Source: Planctomycetota bacterium (GTDB lineage: Bacteria; Planctomycetota; UBA1135; UBA2386). From it: a stretch of 64,000 bases of DNA. The translations under genes and the position numbers were made by a program. Below, one piece after another: positions 9,850 to 19,343 of this stretch. Each line of letters opens with the position of its first letter. The stretch's first letter is position 1. A model generated the notes under the pieces. The model saw only the letters and a program-made list of their open reading frames with translations, had not been told where the DNA came from and did not search any database. The stretch spans positions 6,048,001-6,112,000 of the forward strand of contig JBKAGP010000001.1 in assembly GCA_046290465.1 (NCBI GenBank), written 5' to 3'.

Positions 9850-11106
9850 ATGTCGATGCCCGCGACCCTCGTCCTGCTCGTGTCGGTCCTGTTCGCCTGC
9901 CTCGCCGCGCCCGCTGGTTCGGCGCAGCGGCCGCCGAACGTCGTGATGATCATCTCCGACGATCAGGCGTGGACCGACTTCGGCTTCATGGGCCATGCGG
10001 AGATCGAGACGCCACACCTCGACGCGCTGGCGCAGCGCAGCATCGTGTTCGCCAACGGCTACGTGCCGTCGAGCCTGTGCCGGCCGAGCCTCGCGACGAT
10101 GATCACCGGGCTGTATCCGCACGAGCACGGCATCACCGGCAACGACCCGCCCAAGGGCACCGAGCGCGACCGCATGCTGCGCCACATCGAGGCGGCAAAG
10201 ACGCTGCCGAAGCTGCTTGCGCCGCTCGGCTACCGCAGCCTGCAGACCGGCAAGTGGTGGGAGGGCAACTGTCGCTGCGGCGGCTTCACCGACGGCATGA
10301 CCCACGGCGAGCGCGGGCGTGGCGGCCGCCACGGAGACGAAGGGCTGAAGATCGGGCGCCAGACGATGCAGCCGATCTACGACTTCGTCGACGCGTGCGG
10401 CGACGAGCCGTTCTTCCTGTGGTATGCGCCGTTCTTGCCGCACACGCCGCACAACCCGCCCGAACGGCTGCTGAAGAAGTACCGTCGGGACGGCAAGAGC
10501 GTGCACGTCGCGAAGTACCAGGCGATGTGCGAGTGGTTCGACGAGACCTGCGGCCAGCTGCTCGACCACCTGCGCGAGAAGGGGCTCGAGGACGACACCC
10601 TGGTGGTGTTCGTCACCGACAACGGCTGGATCCAGCGGCCGAACGCACGCGGCTACGCCAAGCGGTCCAAGCGCTCGCCGTACGAGGGCGGCGTGCGCAC
10701 GCCGATCCTGCTGTCGTGGCCCGGCAGGCTCGCGCCGGGAGCGCGCGACGACCTGGCCAGCTCGGTCGACCTCGCGCCGACCATCCTGCGCGCGTGCGGC
10801 GCCGACGTGCCCGCGGCGATGAGCGGTCGCGACCTGCGCGACCCGAAGACCGCGCGCGGCGCGGTCTACGGCGAGACGTTCTCGCACGATGTCGCCGACC
10901 TCGACCGACCGACCAAGGGCCTGCAGTACCGCTGGATGATCCGCGACGGCTGGAAGCTGATCGCGCCGCACCGGGACGGCGCATCCGCCGAGCTCTACCA
11001 CCTGGCGAACGATCCGCACGAGCGGGCCGACCTGGCGCAGCAGCACCCCGAGCGCGTCGCCGAACTGCAGCGGGCGCTCGACCAGTGGTGGCAGCTGCCA
11101 AAGTAG
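9850..11106 (+). CDS. Secreted sulfatase (S1 family)
   Basis: Signal peptide; PNVVMIISDDQ, SLCRPSLATMITG, GKWW, PHTPH, TDNG, K.SPYEGGVRTP, ELYHL..DP.E. Confidence 0.9.
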   Translation: MSMPATLVLLVSVLFACLAAPAGSAQRPPNVVMIISDDQAWTDFGFMGHAEIETPHLDALAQRSIVFANGYVPSSLCRPSLATMITGLYPHEHGITGNDPPKGTERDRMLRHIEAAKTLPKLLAPLGYRSLQTGKWWEGNCRCGGFTDGMTHGERGRGGRHGDEGLKIGRQTMQPIYDFVDACGDEPFFLWYAPFLPHTPHNPPERLLKKYRRDGKSVHVAKYQAMCEWFDETCGQLLDHLREKGLEDDTLVVFVTDNGWIQRPNARGYAKRSKRSPYEGGVRTPILLSWPGRLAPGARDDLASSVDLAPTILRACGADVPAAMSGRDLRDPKTARGAVYGETFSHDVADLDRPTKGLQYRWMIRDGWKLIAPHRDGASAELYHLANDPHERADLAQQHPERVAELQRALDQWWQLPK

Positions 11107-11195
11107 CGGTACGGTACCTGGTTCATCCTCCAACTTCCGCGAGCGCTCGCGCTCGCGGAAGTTGGAGGATGAACCAGGTCGCACCGCTACTTTGG
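11098..11195. repeat. ~98-bp imperfect palindrome (REP/REPIN- or MITE-like), could act as a bidirectional terminator
   Basis: Perfect 30-bp arms 11116-11145 and 11150-11179, plus outer arms ccaaagtagcggt at both ends. Confidence 0.85.
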
Positions 11196-12923
11196 GGTGA
11201 GGATGCGGACTTGGGGGCCGTTGGCGATGGCGATGTGGGTGCGGTCGGGGCTGGCGGCGAGGCAGTGGGCGGTGTGCAGGTCGCGGGGAACGGGCCAGGT
11301 CGCCTCGGTCTGGCGGCGGTGGGGGTCGCAAAGCTGCAGGGTGCCGGCGGCGCGTCGGCCCGCCTGGTCGGCCTCGCCGGCGACGGCGACCAGCAGCAGG
11401 CCGTCGCGCCAGGGCACGGCGTCGAGCCAGTCGGCCCGGAAGCTGCCGAGTTCGGTCAGGTCGGTGGTCCGGTAGCCCTTGACCAGGCCGTGGCCGCCGA
11501 GCCAGATCGCCTGCTCGCGCTCGTCGGCGGCGAACCACGCCGGGATCAGGTCGCAGGGTTCGCGAACACGCTTGCGGCCGTCCTTGCCGAGCGCGGTCAG
11601 CCACGCGTCGTAGCCGCCGCTGGCGAGGTCGCGCGAGCCGGTCACCAGCAGCAGTTCGCCGCGGCGCGGCAGGGGCAGCAGGCCGATGACGTCGGCGTGG
11701 CGGCCGTCGGCAACGGCTTCGAACGTGCTGCCGTTCCATCTGGACAGGCCGATGCCGTCCCCGAGCACGCGCCACGGCCGGCCGTCGAAGCTCACGACCG
11801 GGGCCGGCCTCCACAGCCCCCAACCATGCACGGCGAGGTTCCAGGCCGAGTAGTCGGTCTGCGGCGCGTCGACGACGACCGACGTCGCGGGGTCGGTCGC
11901 GACGACGTCGCCGACGACCCGGCGCGAGCCGGCGTGGTAGCGCCACGCGCGGCCGCGCTGCAGCAGCCAGAACTCGCTCGAGATGCTGCCGGCGCAGACG
12001 ATCGACGAGCCCGGCTGGTCGTGCACGACCGCGCCGGTGCGGTCGACGATGCGCACGCCGCCGGTGGTGCCGATCGCGAGGAACCGGCCGTCGGGGGAGA
12101 ACACCAGCCGCCGCACGGTGCCGGCGTGGGCGGAGCGCACGGTCGGCTGCCGGTCGCCGTCGGCGACGAAGTGCAGCTGGCCCTGGTGGTCCGCGACCAG
12201 CACGGTGCCGTCGTTGCTCACCGCCGCGCGCGCGATCCACGTCTCGGCACACGTGAACGTGTAGCTGCGCTGTTTCGACCGGATCTCGGGCTGGGACAGC
12301 TGGTGGAACTCGAACCGTTGGCGGCCGTCCGCAGAACGGGCCTCCCGGTCGCGCGATGTCCAACCGGGATCATCGCTGGTCAGCGCCCCACGCTCGTCGA
12401 ACCGCACGCCGATCCGGTCGCCCGGCACCCGCTCGACCGTCGCGGTCGGTTCGCGGCGCAAATCGTCGGGATCCAGGTCGTCCGGATCGAGATCGTAGAT
12501 CCAGGCCCGGTGGCCGAGGCGCACGGCGAAGCGGCCGCCGCCATCGTCGAGGCACATCGTACGCAGTTCGCGCTCGAACCACGGCGTCGCCGCGCCGGTG
12601 CGGAGGTCGACGACGTGCACCGCGGTCGGATCCCCGCTGCCACCCTCGGTCCAGCCGACCACGGCCAGCGGTTCGCTCGGGTGCAGCACGGCCTGGGCGA
12701 ACGGGCGGCGCGCGGCCACGTAGCTGACGGCCTCGCGTGTCGCGAGGTCCCACCAGACGAGGTCGCCGTGTTCGCCCGTGGTCAGCGCGTGCCGCTGGTC
12801 CTTCGAGATCACGATGCTCTGGACGTCGCCGCCGAGCGCCAGGGCGCGACCGACCTCGACCGGGGCCTGCGCGGTGACCAGGCTGCCGAGCAGCGCCGTG
12901 CATGCTGCGATTGCGTTGTCCAT
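11187..12923 (-). CDS. Secreted WD40/beta-propeller protein
   Basis: Signal-like N-terminus; repeats such as HAGTVRRLVFSPDGRFLAIG and LVWWDL. Confidence 0.75.
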   Translation of the reverse strand: MDNAIAACTALLGSLVTAQAPVEVGRALALGGDVQSIVISKDQRHALTTGEHGDLVWWDLATREAVSYVAARRPFAQAVLHPSEPLAVVGWTEGGSGDPTAVHVVDLRTGAATPWFERELRTMCLDDGGGRFAVRLGHRAWIYDLDPDDLDPDDLRREPTATVERVPGDRIGVRFDERGALTSDDPGWTSRDREARSADGRQRFEFHQLSQPEIRSKQRSYTFTCAETWIARAAVSNDGTVLVADHQGQLHFVADGDRQPTVRSAHAGTVRRLVFSPDGRFLAIGTTGGVRIVDRTGAVVHDQPGSSIVCAGSISSEFWLLQRGRAWRYHAGSRRVVGDVVATDPATSVVVDAPQTDYSAWNLAVHGWGLWRPAPVVSFDGRPWRVLGDGIGLSRWNGSTFEAVADGRHADVIGLLPLPRRGELLLVTGSRDLASGGYDAWLTALGKDGRKRVREPCDLIPAWFAADEREQAIWLGGHGLVKGYRTTDLTELGSFRADWLDAVPWRDGLLLVAVAGEADQAGRRAAGTLQLCDPHRRQTEATWPVPRDLHTAHCLAASPDRTHIAIANGPQVRILTPK

Positions 12924-12955
12924 GCCGGTCCTGCTAGCGCTGGCAACGGGTCCGG

Positions 12956-13870
12956 TCACGCTTCGTTGCTCCGCTTCGCGCTGGTCTGCAGCCACAGCCC
13001 GCACGCCACCAACCCCAGCGCCACGAAGAACCGATGCCCCGGCGCCGGCGCGCCCATCAGGTAGTTGACGCTCGCCGCGACGATCGGCTGGAGGTTGATG
13101 TAGAGCGCGACGTTCGAGCTGTTGGTATGCCGCAGCGCCCAGGTGTTGAGCACGTAGGTCAGCACGGTCGCGCCGAGGATCGTGTACATCGCGAACCACA
13201 GCACCGGCGGCGTGAACGTCGTCGCCACGTGCGCCGATTCGACCGACGGACCGCTCCACAACGAGATCATCAGCAGGCCCTGCACGAACAGGATCGCGAC
13301 CGTCGTCCACGGGTCGAGGTTGCGGCCGATGCGGCGCATCATCACCAGGTGCACGGCGAACGCGAAGCCGTTGGCCGCGGTCAGCAGGTCGCCGACCAGG
13401 GTCTCGCTGCCGAAACCCTCGCCGTCGCCGCGCAGCATCCGGTCGAAGCCGAGCAGGTAGAGCACCCCGCACAGCGCGAACACCACCGCCAGCACGCGCC
13501 GGCCCTGCAGCCGTTCCTGGCCGATCGCGACCGCGACCAGCAGCGTCCAGGTCGGGATCGCCGACGTGACCACCGCGGAGTGCTCGGGCGTGGTGCGCGA
13601 GAGCCCTTCGGTGAACAGCACCTGGTTGAGCGTCACGCCGAGGAACGAGGCCACCAGCAGCGCCAGCATCGTGCGCAGGCCGGGCAGGCCGCGCTGGCGC
13701 CGCAGCCACAGCGCCATTGGTACCAGGATGCAGGTCGCCGCGGTGATCCGGAAGATCACCCACGAATCGGCCGGCACCGCGTCGAGCACGCGCTTGGTGA
13801 ACACGAAATGGCAGCCGAACAGCACGGAGACCGTGATCAGCGCCAGGTGGACTCGGATCGGGGACGGCAC
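12956..13870 (-). CDS. DMT/EamA family transporter
   Basis: About 10 hydrophobic segments; GLSRTT, GQERL, GDLL, YINLQPIVA; GTG start approximate. Confidence 0.85.
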   Translation of the reverse strand: MPSPIRVHLALITVSVLFGCHFVFTKRVLDAVPADSWVIFRITAATCILVPMALWLRRQRGLPGLRTMLALLVASFLGVTLNQVLFTEGLSRTTPEHSAVVTSAIPTWTLLVAVAIGQERLQGRRVLAVVFALCGVLYLLGFDRMLRGDGEGFGSETLVGDLLTAANGFAFAVHLVMMRRIGRNLDPWTTVAILFVQGLLMISLWSGPSVESAHVATTFTPPVLWFAMYTILGATVLTYVLNTWALRHTNSSNVALYINLQPIVAASVNYLMGAPAPGHRFFVALGLVACGLWLQTSAKRSNEA

Positions 13871-14080
13871 GATGGGGGCGAGCACTGTGCGGGCGCGCCG
13901 CGCCGATGCAAGGGGCGCCCGGTGCGGAGCCGGGGCGCCCGATGCCACCGCCGGTTGTGGCCGTTTGCCGGGCAAACGGCGGCAGTTGCAGAGTCGCGGG
14001 CCGTCTGACGCTATGATCCCGCGCACGTCCGAGGCCGCAGAACGACCCCCTCTGCAGCCGATCTCCCTCGGTCCTGCCCC

Positions 14081-16975
14081 ATGACCCTCGCAGCCACCAT
14101 CCTCCTTTCCGTCGTCCCGCAGGTCTTCCCGGGCGGCGACATCAAGCTCCCGCCGAAGAAGCCGACCGTCACAGAGCAGCAGGAGGTCCGGCCGCAGAAC
14201 GAGATCGATCGCTTCAAGCGCGACCTGCTCGACATGAACGGCCCGCGCGTCAAGGTCGAGGCCAAGCTCGACGAGATGGGCCGCGCCTACCCGCGCATCG
14301 AACTGCTGATCCTCGAGGTCGCCCGCACCGCGCGCGCCAACGAGTTGAAGAACCTGATGCCGGTCGCGCGCCGCTTCGGCCGCACCTCGGGCACGTCGCG
14401 GGTCGCCGACGAACTGCTGTTCCAGCTGCTCGCCCGATCCCTGCGCGACGCGACCCGTCCGGTGATCGAGACGATGGCGACGCTCAAGGGCAGCGAGGCC
14501 AAGGGCGCGCTCAAGCAGTGCGTGCGCGCGACGATCCCGCTGGTGCGGCGCCACGCGGTGCAGGTGCTCGGTCCGATGTGCGGTCAGGACGACGTGCCGT
14601 TCGCGCTGCAGCTGTCGCGCGAGCAGTCGCTCGACCTGCGCCTGCGCGGCGTCGACCTGCTGAAGGCGATCGGCGGCGATGCGGCGACCCGCCGGCTGGT
14701 CGAACTGCTGGCCAAGGACCCGGCGCTGGCCGCGGCCGCGTGCCGCGCGCTGGTCGCCGTCGGCACGCCGGCGGTCCCGGTGCTGACCGAACGCGTCACC
14801 GCGCCCGCGGTCGATCGCTCGTTCGCCTACGCGGCGTTCGCGCTGGCGCAGATCGGCGCCGACGGCAGCACCGAGGTGCTGCCCGAGTCGCTGCTCGACC
14901 CGCTGGCGAAGCGGCTGAAGTCGCCCGAGGCGCTGACCCGCGTGCTGGCAGCGGTGCCGTTGTCGGACCTGGTCTACCGGGCCTCGCCCGGCGAAGGCGA
15001 CCAGGTCGACGACCGGATCTCGCAGCTCGACCGCGACCTGGTCGAGACGCTGCTGCTGGTGGTCGAGCCCAAGCAGTTCGTGCCCAACCTCGACATGCTG
15101 CGCAACCCGGCCGAGCAGCGGCTGCTGCGCCACACCGGCCGCGTCGTGGCCGCGGCCGAGCCGCTGTCGTGGCGCGAGTGGTGGGACACCAACCGCGACA
15201 CCTTCCTCGGCGTGCGCGCGCAGCTGTCGGTCACTGAGAAGAACGCCGGCACCGCGGTCGTGACGCTGCGCCAGCAGGGGCGCGTCGTGCGCGTGCTCGG
15301 CGAGCACATGGCCGGCCTCGAGGTGCACCAGGACGCGATCGAGGTGCTGCTGCCGGCCGATCGCATGCAGCAGCTGATCCAGAAGCTCGAGAACGACGGC
15401 TTCGGCAACCCGGCCGCGATGCACGTCGACAGCGCGCTGCCGCGCGTGCGTTCGATCGACGTGCGCGTCTCCGGGGGCCGCAGCAGCGTCGCCGTCACCG
15501 AACGGGAGCACCTGGCGTTCGACAGCATGGTCGCGGCGGTCGAGGCGGTCGTCGACGCGCAGCTGTGGCAGCTCTACCGGGTCGCCGCCGACGAACCGAA
15601 TCGCGGTGCGTTCTGGCGCTCGGAGCGGCGCTGGCTCGACGAGAACCCGGACGAACTGGTGCGGGCTCGCCGCTTCGTCGAGCGCGTCGTGCGCGGCTGG
15701 GCCGGCTGGAACGAGACCCTGCAGGCGCGCGCGATCGGCTACCTGGCGTCGCACCCGCAGCGCAAGGCGCTGCTGCGCGAGCAGGACGGCGACGCGATGC
15801 TGAAGGCGCTGCGCGAGCTGCCGAAGCTCGAGAAGTTCGACCTGCAGCTGCTCGAGGTCGCGGCCAGCGTGCCGGGCGACCGGGTCTGGCGCGACTGCGT
15901 CGAACTGGCGATCACCGCCGACGGCGGCGGCCGCCAGGCGGTCAAGTCGGTGTTCCAGGTGCTCGGTCCCGATGCCGTGCTCAGCGCGCTCAAGGACGAA
16001 CGTCCGCTGGTGCGCCGCGCCGCCGTCGACGAGGTCGTCGCCGGCCGCGACCTGCGCGCCGCGCCGACGCTGGTCGCGATGCTCTCCGACAGCGACTTCC
16101 AGGTGCAGCGCGCGGCGGTGTTCGCGTGCGGCCACCTGCGCATCACCACGGCCAGCAGGCCGCTGGTCGACCTGATCGTCGACGAGAAGACCGACCCGCA
16201 GCTGCGTCGCGAGACGCTGCGTGCGCTCGGCCGCGTCGGCGGCCCGCTGGCGTTCGAGGTGCTCGAGAAGGCGATGCAGGCGCCCGGCAAGGCCGACAAG
16301 GAAGCGGCGCTGCGTGGCCTCGGTGAGCTGCGCGACCCGCGCGCCGCGCACCTGCTGTGCGAGTTCGTCGTCGTCGGCCACGGCAAGGAGTTCGGCGAGC
16401 TGGCCAAGTTCAACCTGCAGCGGCTCGGCGGCGTGCTGGTCACGCCGGCGGTGCGGCGGCAGATCCCGCTGGTGCAGGACGAACGCATCCGCGCCGACCT
16501 GGTGCTGCTGCTCGGCCTCTACCAGGACCCGGAGAACGTGCCGGAGCTGATGGACCTGCTGCGGCAGCCGCGCTACGCCGGTGAGGCTGCGCCGCTGATC
16601 GAGGGCGCGACCGGCGTCGACCTGGCCAACGCTCCCGACCGCATCACCGAGATCGAGACCTGGTGGCGCGAGCACAAGGACGACCCGCAGTGGCGCTGGT
16701 TCCTCGACGGGCTGCGCGAGGCGGGCGTCGTGCACAAGCTGAAGCCGGCCGACTTCGCGCTCGGGGCCGAACTGGCCGCGGTGCCGGAGCTGTGCCGCCT
16801 GATGGTCGAGCTCGAGTCGCCGCGCCTGTGGGTGCTGGCCTCGGCGGTGCTGCGCACCGTGGCCAAGGAGGACAACGGCGTGGTCACCATGCAGACGCCG
16901 CCCGACATCCGCGAGGGCATCGCCGGCCGCTACCGCGTGCTGGCCGACACGGCGCGCGCCGCGAAGGGCAAGTGA
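14081..16975 (+). CDS. Large HEAT/PBS-lyase repeat protein, probably exported
   Basis: Repeats such as LKDERPLVRRAAV, LSDSDFQVQRAAVFACG, LRRETLRALGRVG; hydrophobic N-terminus. Confidence 0.8.
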   Translation: MTLAATILLSVVPQVFPGGDIKLPPKKPTVTEQQEVRPQNEIDRFKRDLLDMNGPRVKVEAKLDEMGRAYPRIELLILEVARTARANELKNLMPVARRFGRTSGTSRVADELLFQLLARSLRDATRPVIETMATLKGSEAKGALKQCVRATIPLVRRHAVQVLGPMCGQDDVPFALQLSREQSLDLRLRGVDLLKAIGGDAATRRLVELLAKDPALAAAACRALVAVGTPAVPVLTERVTAPAVDRSFAYAAFALAQIGADGSTEVLPESLLDPLAKRLKSPEALTRVLAAVPLSDLVYRASPGEGDQVDDRISQLDRDLVETLLLVVEPKQFVPNLDMLRNPAEQRLLRHTGRVVAAAEPLSWREWWDTNRDTFLGVRAQLSVTEKNAGTAVVTLRQQGRVVRVLGEHMAGLEVHQDAIEVLLPADRMQQLIQKLENDGFGNPAAMHVDSALPRVRSIDVRVSGGRSSVAVTEREHLAFDSMVAAVEAVVDAQLWQLYRVAADEPNRGAFWRSERRWLDENPDELVRARRFVERVVRGWAGWNETLQARAIGYLASHPQRKALLREQDGDAMLKALRELPKLEKFDLQLLEVAASVPGDRVWRDCVELAITADGGGRQAVKSVFQVLGPDAVLSALKDERPLVRRAAVDEVVAGRDLRAAPTLVAMLSDSDFQVQRAAVFACGHLRITTASRPLVDLIVDEKTDPQLRRETLRALGRVGGPLAFEVLEKAMQAPGKADKEAALRGLGELRDPRAAHLLCEFVVVGHGKEFGELAKFNLQRLGGVLVTPAVRRQIPLVQDERIRADLVLLLGLYQDPENVPELMDLLRQPRYAGEAAPLIEGATGVDLANAPDRITEIETWWREHKDDPQWRWFLDGLREAGVVHKLKPADFALGAELAAVPELCRLMVELESPRLWVLASAVLRTVAKEDNGVVTMQTPPDIREGIAGRYRVLADTARAAKGK

Positions 16976-17325
16976 GCGGCCGCGGCTCGTGGCCGCCGCT
17001 GGTGGCGTTCGCGGCGCTGTTCGTGCTGGCGTTCTGGCTGCAGCGCAGCCGCTCGACGTTCCTGCGGATCGAGCGGCAGCGCGAGCTGGCCCTTGCCATC
17101 GCGAACGAGCGCGACCTGCCGCTCGCCGACGTGTTCGCGTTGCGCGACCTGGTCGGCGTCGACGCGCCACCGGTGCGCTGGCGCGAGGCCGCGCGGCGGC
17201 TGCAGCAGGCCCGTCAGGGCGGTGCGTTGGCGCACGGCCTGCTGGCCCTGACCAGCGACGAGGTGACGGTGCGGCGGTTCGAGCTGTTACGAGAACGCTT
17301 CGCCGCGCGTCATCCTGGCTATTGA
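16972..17325 (+). CDS. Small membrane-anchored hypothetical protein
   Basis: GTGA overlap with upstream stop; N-terminal TM WPPLVAFAALFVLAFWL. Confidence 0.55.
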   Translation: MSGRGSWPPLVAFAALFVLAFWLQRSRSTFLRIERQRELALAIANERDLPLADVFALRDLVGVDAPPVRWREAARRLQQARQGGALAHGLLALTSDEVTVRRFELLRERFAARHPGY

Positions 17326-17377
17326 GGAGTGTTGGTGCGCCGCTAACGTTGTCCGCCGATTTTCGAACGGACCGCCC

Positions 17378-18367
17378 ATGACCGACGTCGCCGCCATCGC
17401 CCAACGAATCCAAGCCGAGAGCCGGACGCTCCAGGCCGTGCGCACGTCGCTGCAGAGCGTCATCGTCGGCCAGGACGCGCTGCTCGACGGCCTCCTGATC
17501 GCCCTGCTCGCCGACGGCCACGTGCTGCTCGAGGGCCTGCCGGGCCTCGCCAAGTCGCTGGCCGTCAATGCGCTGGCGCGCACGGTCGGCGGCGAGTTCC
17601 GCCGCATCCAGTTCACCCCGGACCTGCTGCCGGCCGACCTGGTCGGCACCCACGTCTACAACCCCAAGACGGGCGACTGGCAGGTCAAGGAGGGGCCGGT
17701 GTTCGCGAACTTCGTGCTCGCCGACGAGATCAACCGGGCGCCGGCCAAGGTGCAGTCGGCGCTGCTCGAGGCGATGCAGGAACGGCAGGTCACGCTGGCC
17801 GGCGACACCCGCAAGCTGCCCGATCCGTTCCTGGTGCTGGCGACGCAGAACCCGGTCGAGCAGGAGGGCACCTATGCGCTGCCCGAGGCGCAGGTCGACC
17901 GCTTCCTGGTCAAGCTGGTGGTCGGCTACCCGAGCAAGGACGAGGAGCTGAAGATCATCGACCGGATGGCCGGCCTGTCGTCGTCCACCGACGTGCAGCA
18001 GGCGACCACGCCGGAGGAGCTGCTGAAGATGCGGCAGCTGCTCGACACGATCTACCTCGACGACAAGGTCAAGGGCTACATCGTCGACCTGGTGTTCGCG
18101 ACCCGCGAGCCCGAGCAGGTCGGCCTGCAGAAGCTCGCGCCGCTGATCCTCTACGGCGCCTCGCCGCGCGCGTCGCTGGCGCTGGCCCGCACCGCGCGCG
18201 CCCGCGCGTTCCTCGAGGGCCGTGGCTTCGTGACGCCGCAGGACGTCAAGGCGGTCGGGGCGATGGTGCTGCGGCACCGCGTGCTGACCACCTACGAGGC
18301 CGAGGCCGAGGGCATCGACAGCGAAGCCGTGCTGCGCACGGTCTTCGACACCGTGCCGGTCCCGTAG
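17378..18367 (+). CDS. moxR: MoxR family AAA+ ATPase
   Basis: HVLLEGLPGLAKS, RIQFTPDLLPAD, LADEINRAPAKVQSALLEAM, ATQNPVEQEGTY, GASPR. Confidence 0.95.
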   Translation: MTDVAAIAQRIQAESRTLQAVRTSLQSVIVGQDALLDGLLIALLADGHVLLEGLPGLAKSLAVNALARTVGGEFRRIQFTPDLLPADLVGTHVYNPKTGDWQVKEGPVFANFVLADEINRAPAKVQSALLEAMQERQVTLAGDTRKLPDPFLVLATQNPVEQEGTYALPEAQVDRFLVKLVVGYPSKDEELKIIDRMAGLSSSTDVQQATTPEELLKMRQLLDTIYLDDKVKGYIVDLVFATREPEQVGLQKLAPLILYGASPRASLALARTARARAFLEGRGFVTPQDVKAVGAMVLRHRVLTTYEAEAEGIDSEAVLRTVFDTVPVP

Positions 18368-18386
18368 CACCGCGGACGCTCGAGGC

Positions 18387-19343
18387 ATGACCGGCGCGCT
18401 CGATCCCGAACTGCTGGCCGAGGCCCGCCGCATCCAGCTGCGCGCCGACCGCATGGTCACCGACGTGATGTCGGGCGGCTACAGCTCGGTGTTCCGCGGC
18501 TCGGGTATCGAGTTCGACGAGGTGCGCGAGTTCGCCGAGGGCGACGAGCTGCGCAGCGTCGACTGGAACGTCACCGCGCGCGTCGGCCGGCCGTTCGTCA
18601 AGAAGTTCGTCGAGGAGCGCGAGCTGACGGTGCTGTTCCTGCTCGACGTCTCGTCGTCGATGGACTTCGGCACCCGGCCGGCGGCGCGCCGCCGCGAGTC
18701 GCGCACCGCCGCGGCGACCGCGGCGCTGTTCGTCGGCTGCGTCGCGTTCGCCGCGGCGCGCAACAACGACAAGGCCGGGCTGATCACGTTCTCCGACGAC
18801 GTCGGCCGCTACGTGCCCGCCAAGAAGGGGCGCAACCACGTGCTGCGGTTGATCCGCGAGGCGCTGGTGCCGCCGCTGCCGCAACACGGCACCGACCTGC
18901 AGAAGGCGCTCGACTACGCCGGCCGCGTGCAGCGCAAGCGCGCGATCGTGTTCGTCATCAGCGACTTCCTCGCGCCCGGCGGCGTCGGCGCCTACGAGCG
19001 CGAACTCAAGCTGCTGTCGCGCCGCCACGAGGTCATCGCGGTGCGCGTGCGGGACCCGTTCGCCGCCGGCCTCGACCGCGCGCAGGGCGACGTGGCCCGG
19101 CTGCCCGACGCAGGCCTGCTGCACCTGGTCGATCCCGAGGACGGCCGCAGCGTCGTCGTCGACACCGGCAGCCGCCAGGTGCGCGACGAACTGCAGCGTC
19201 GCTGGCGCGACGAACGCCAGCGGCTGCGCGAAGTCTGCCGTCGCAGCGGCGTCGACCTGCTCGACGTGCCGACCGAGGGGTCGGTCGCCGACCCGCTGGT
19301 GCGGTTCTTCCGCATGCGCGAGCTGCGGGGGGCAAAGCGATGA
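18387..19343 (+). CDS. DUF58 domain protein
   Basis: SVFRGSGIEFDEVRE..GD..R.VDWNVTAR, EEREL, DVSSSM, ISDF. Confidence 0.92.
   Translation: MTGALDPELLAEARRIQLRADRMVTDVMSGGYSSVFRGSGIEFDEVREFAEGDELRSVDWNVTARVGRPFVKKFVEERELTVLFLLDVSSSMDFGTRPAARRRESRTAAATAALFVGCVAFAAARNNDKAGLITFSDDVGRYVPAKKGRNHVLRLIREALVPPLPQHGTDLQKALDYAGRVQRKRAIVFVISDFLAPGGVGAYERELKLLSRRHEVIAVRVRDPFAAGLDRAQGDVARLPDAGLLHLVDPEDGRSVVVDTGSRQVRDELQRRWRDERQRLREVCRRSGVDLLDVPTEGSVADPLVRFFRMRELRGAKR

Noticed and set aside
7672..18460. Very long alternative-frame ORFs (1563, 1545 and 1834 aa)
   Set aside because: Shadow frames of high-GC DNA, Arg/Ala/Pro-rich; only terminal parts coincide with real genes (hydrolase, EamA)
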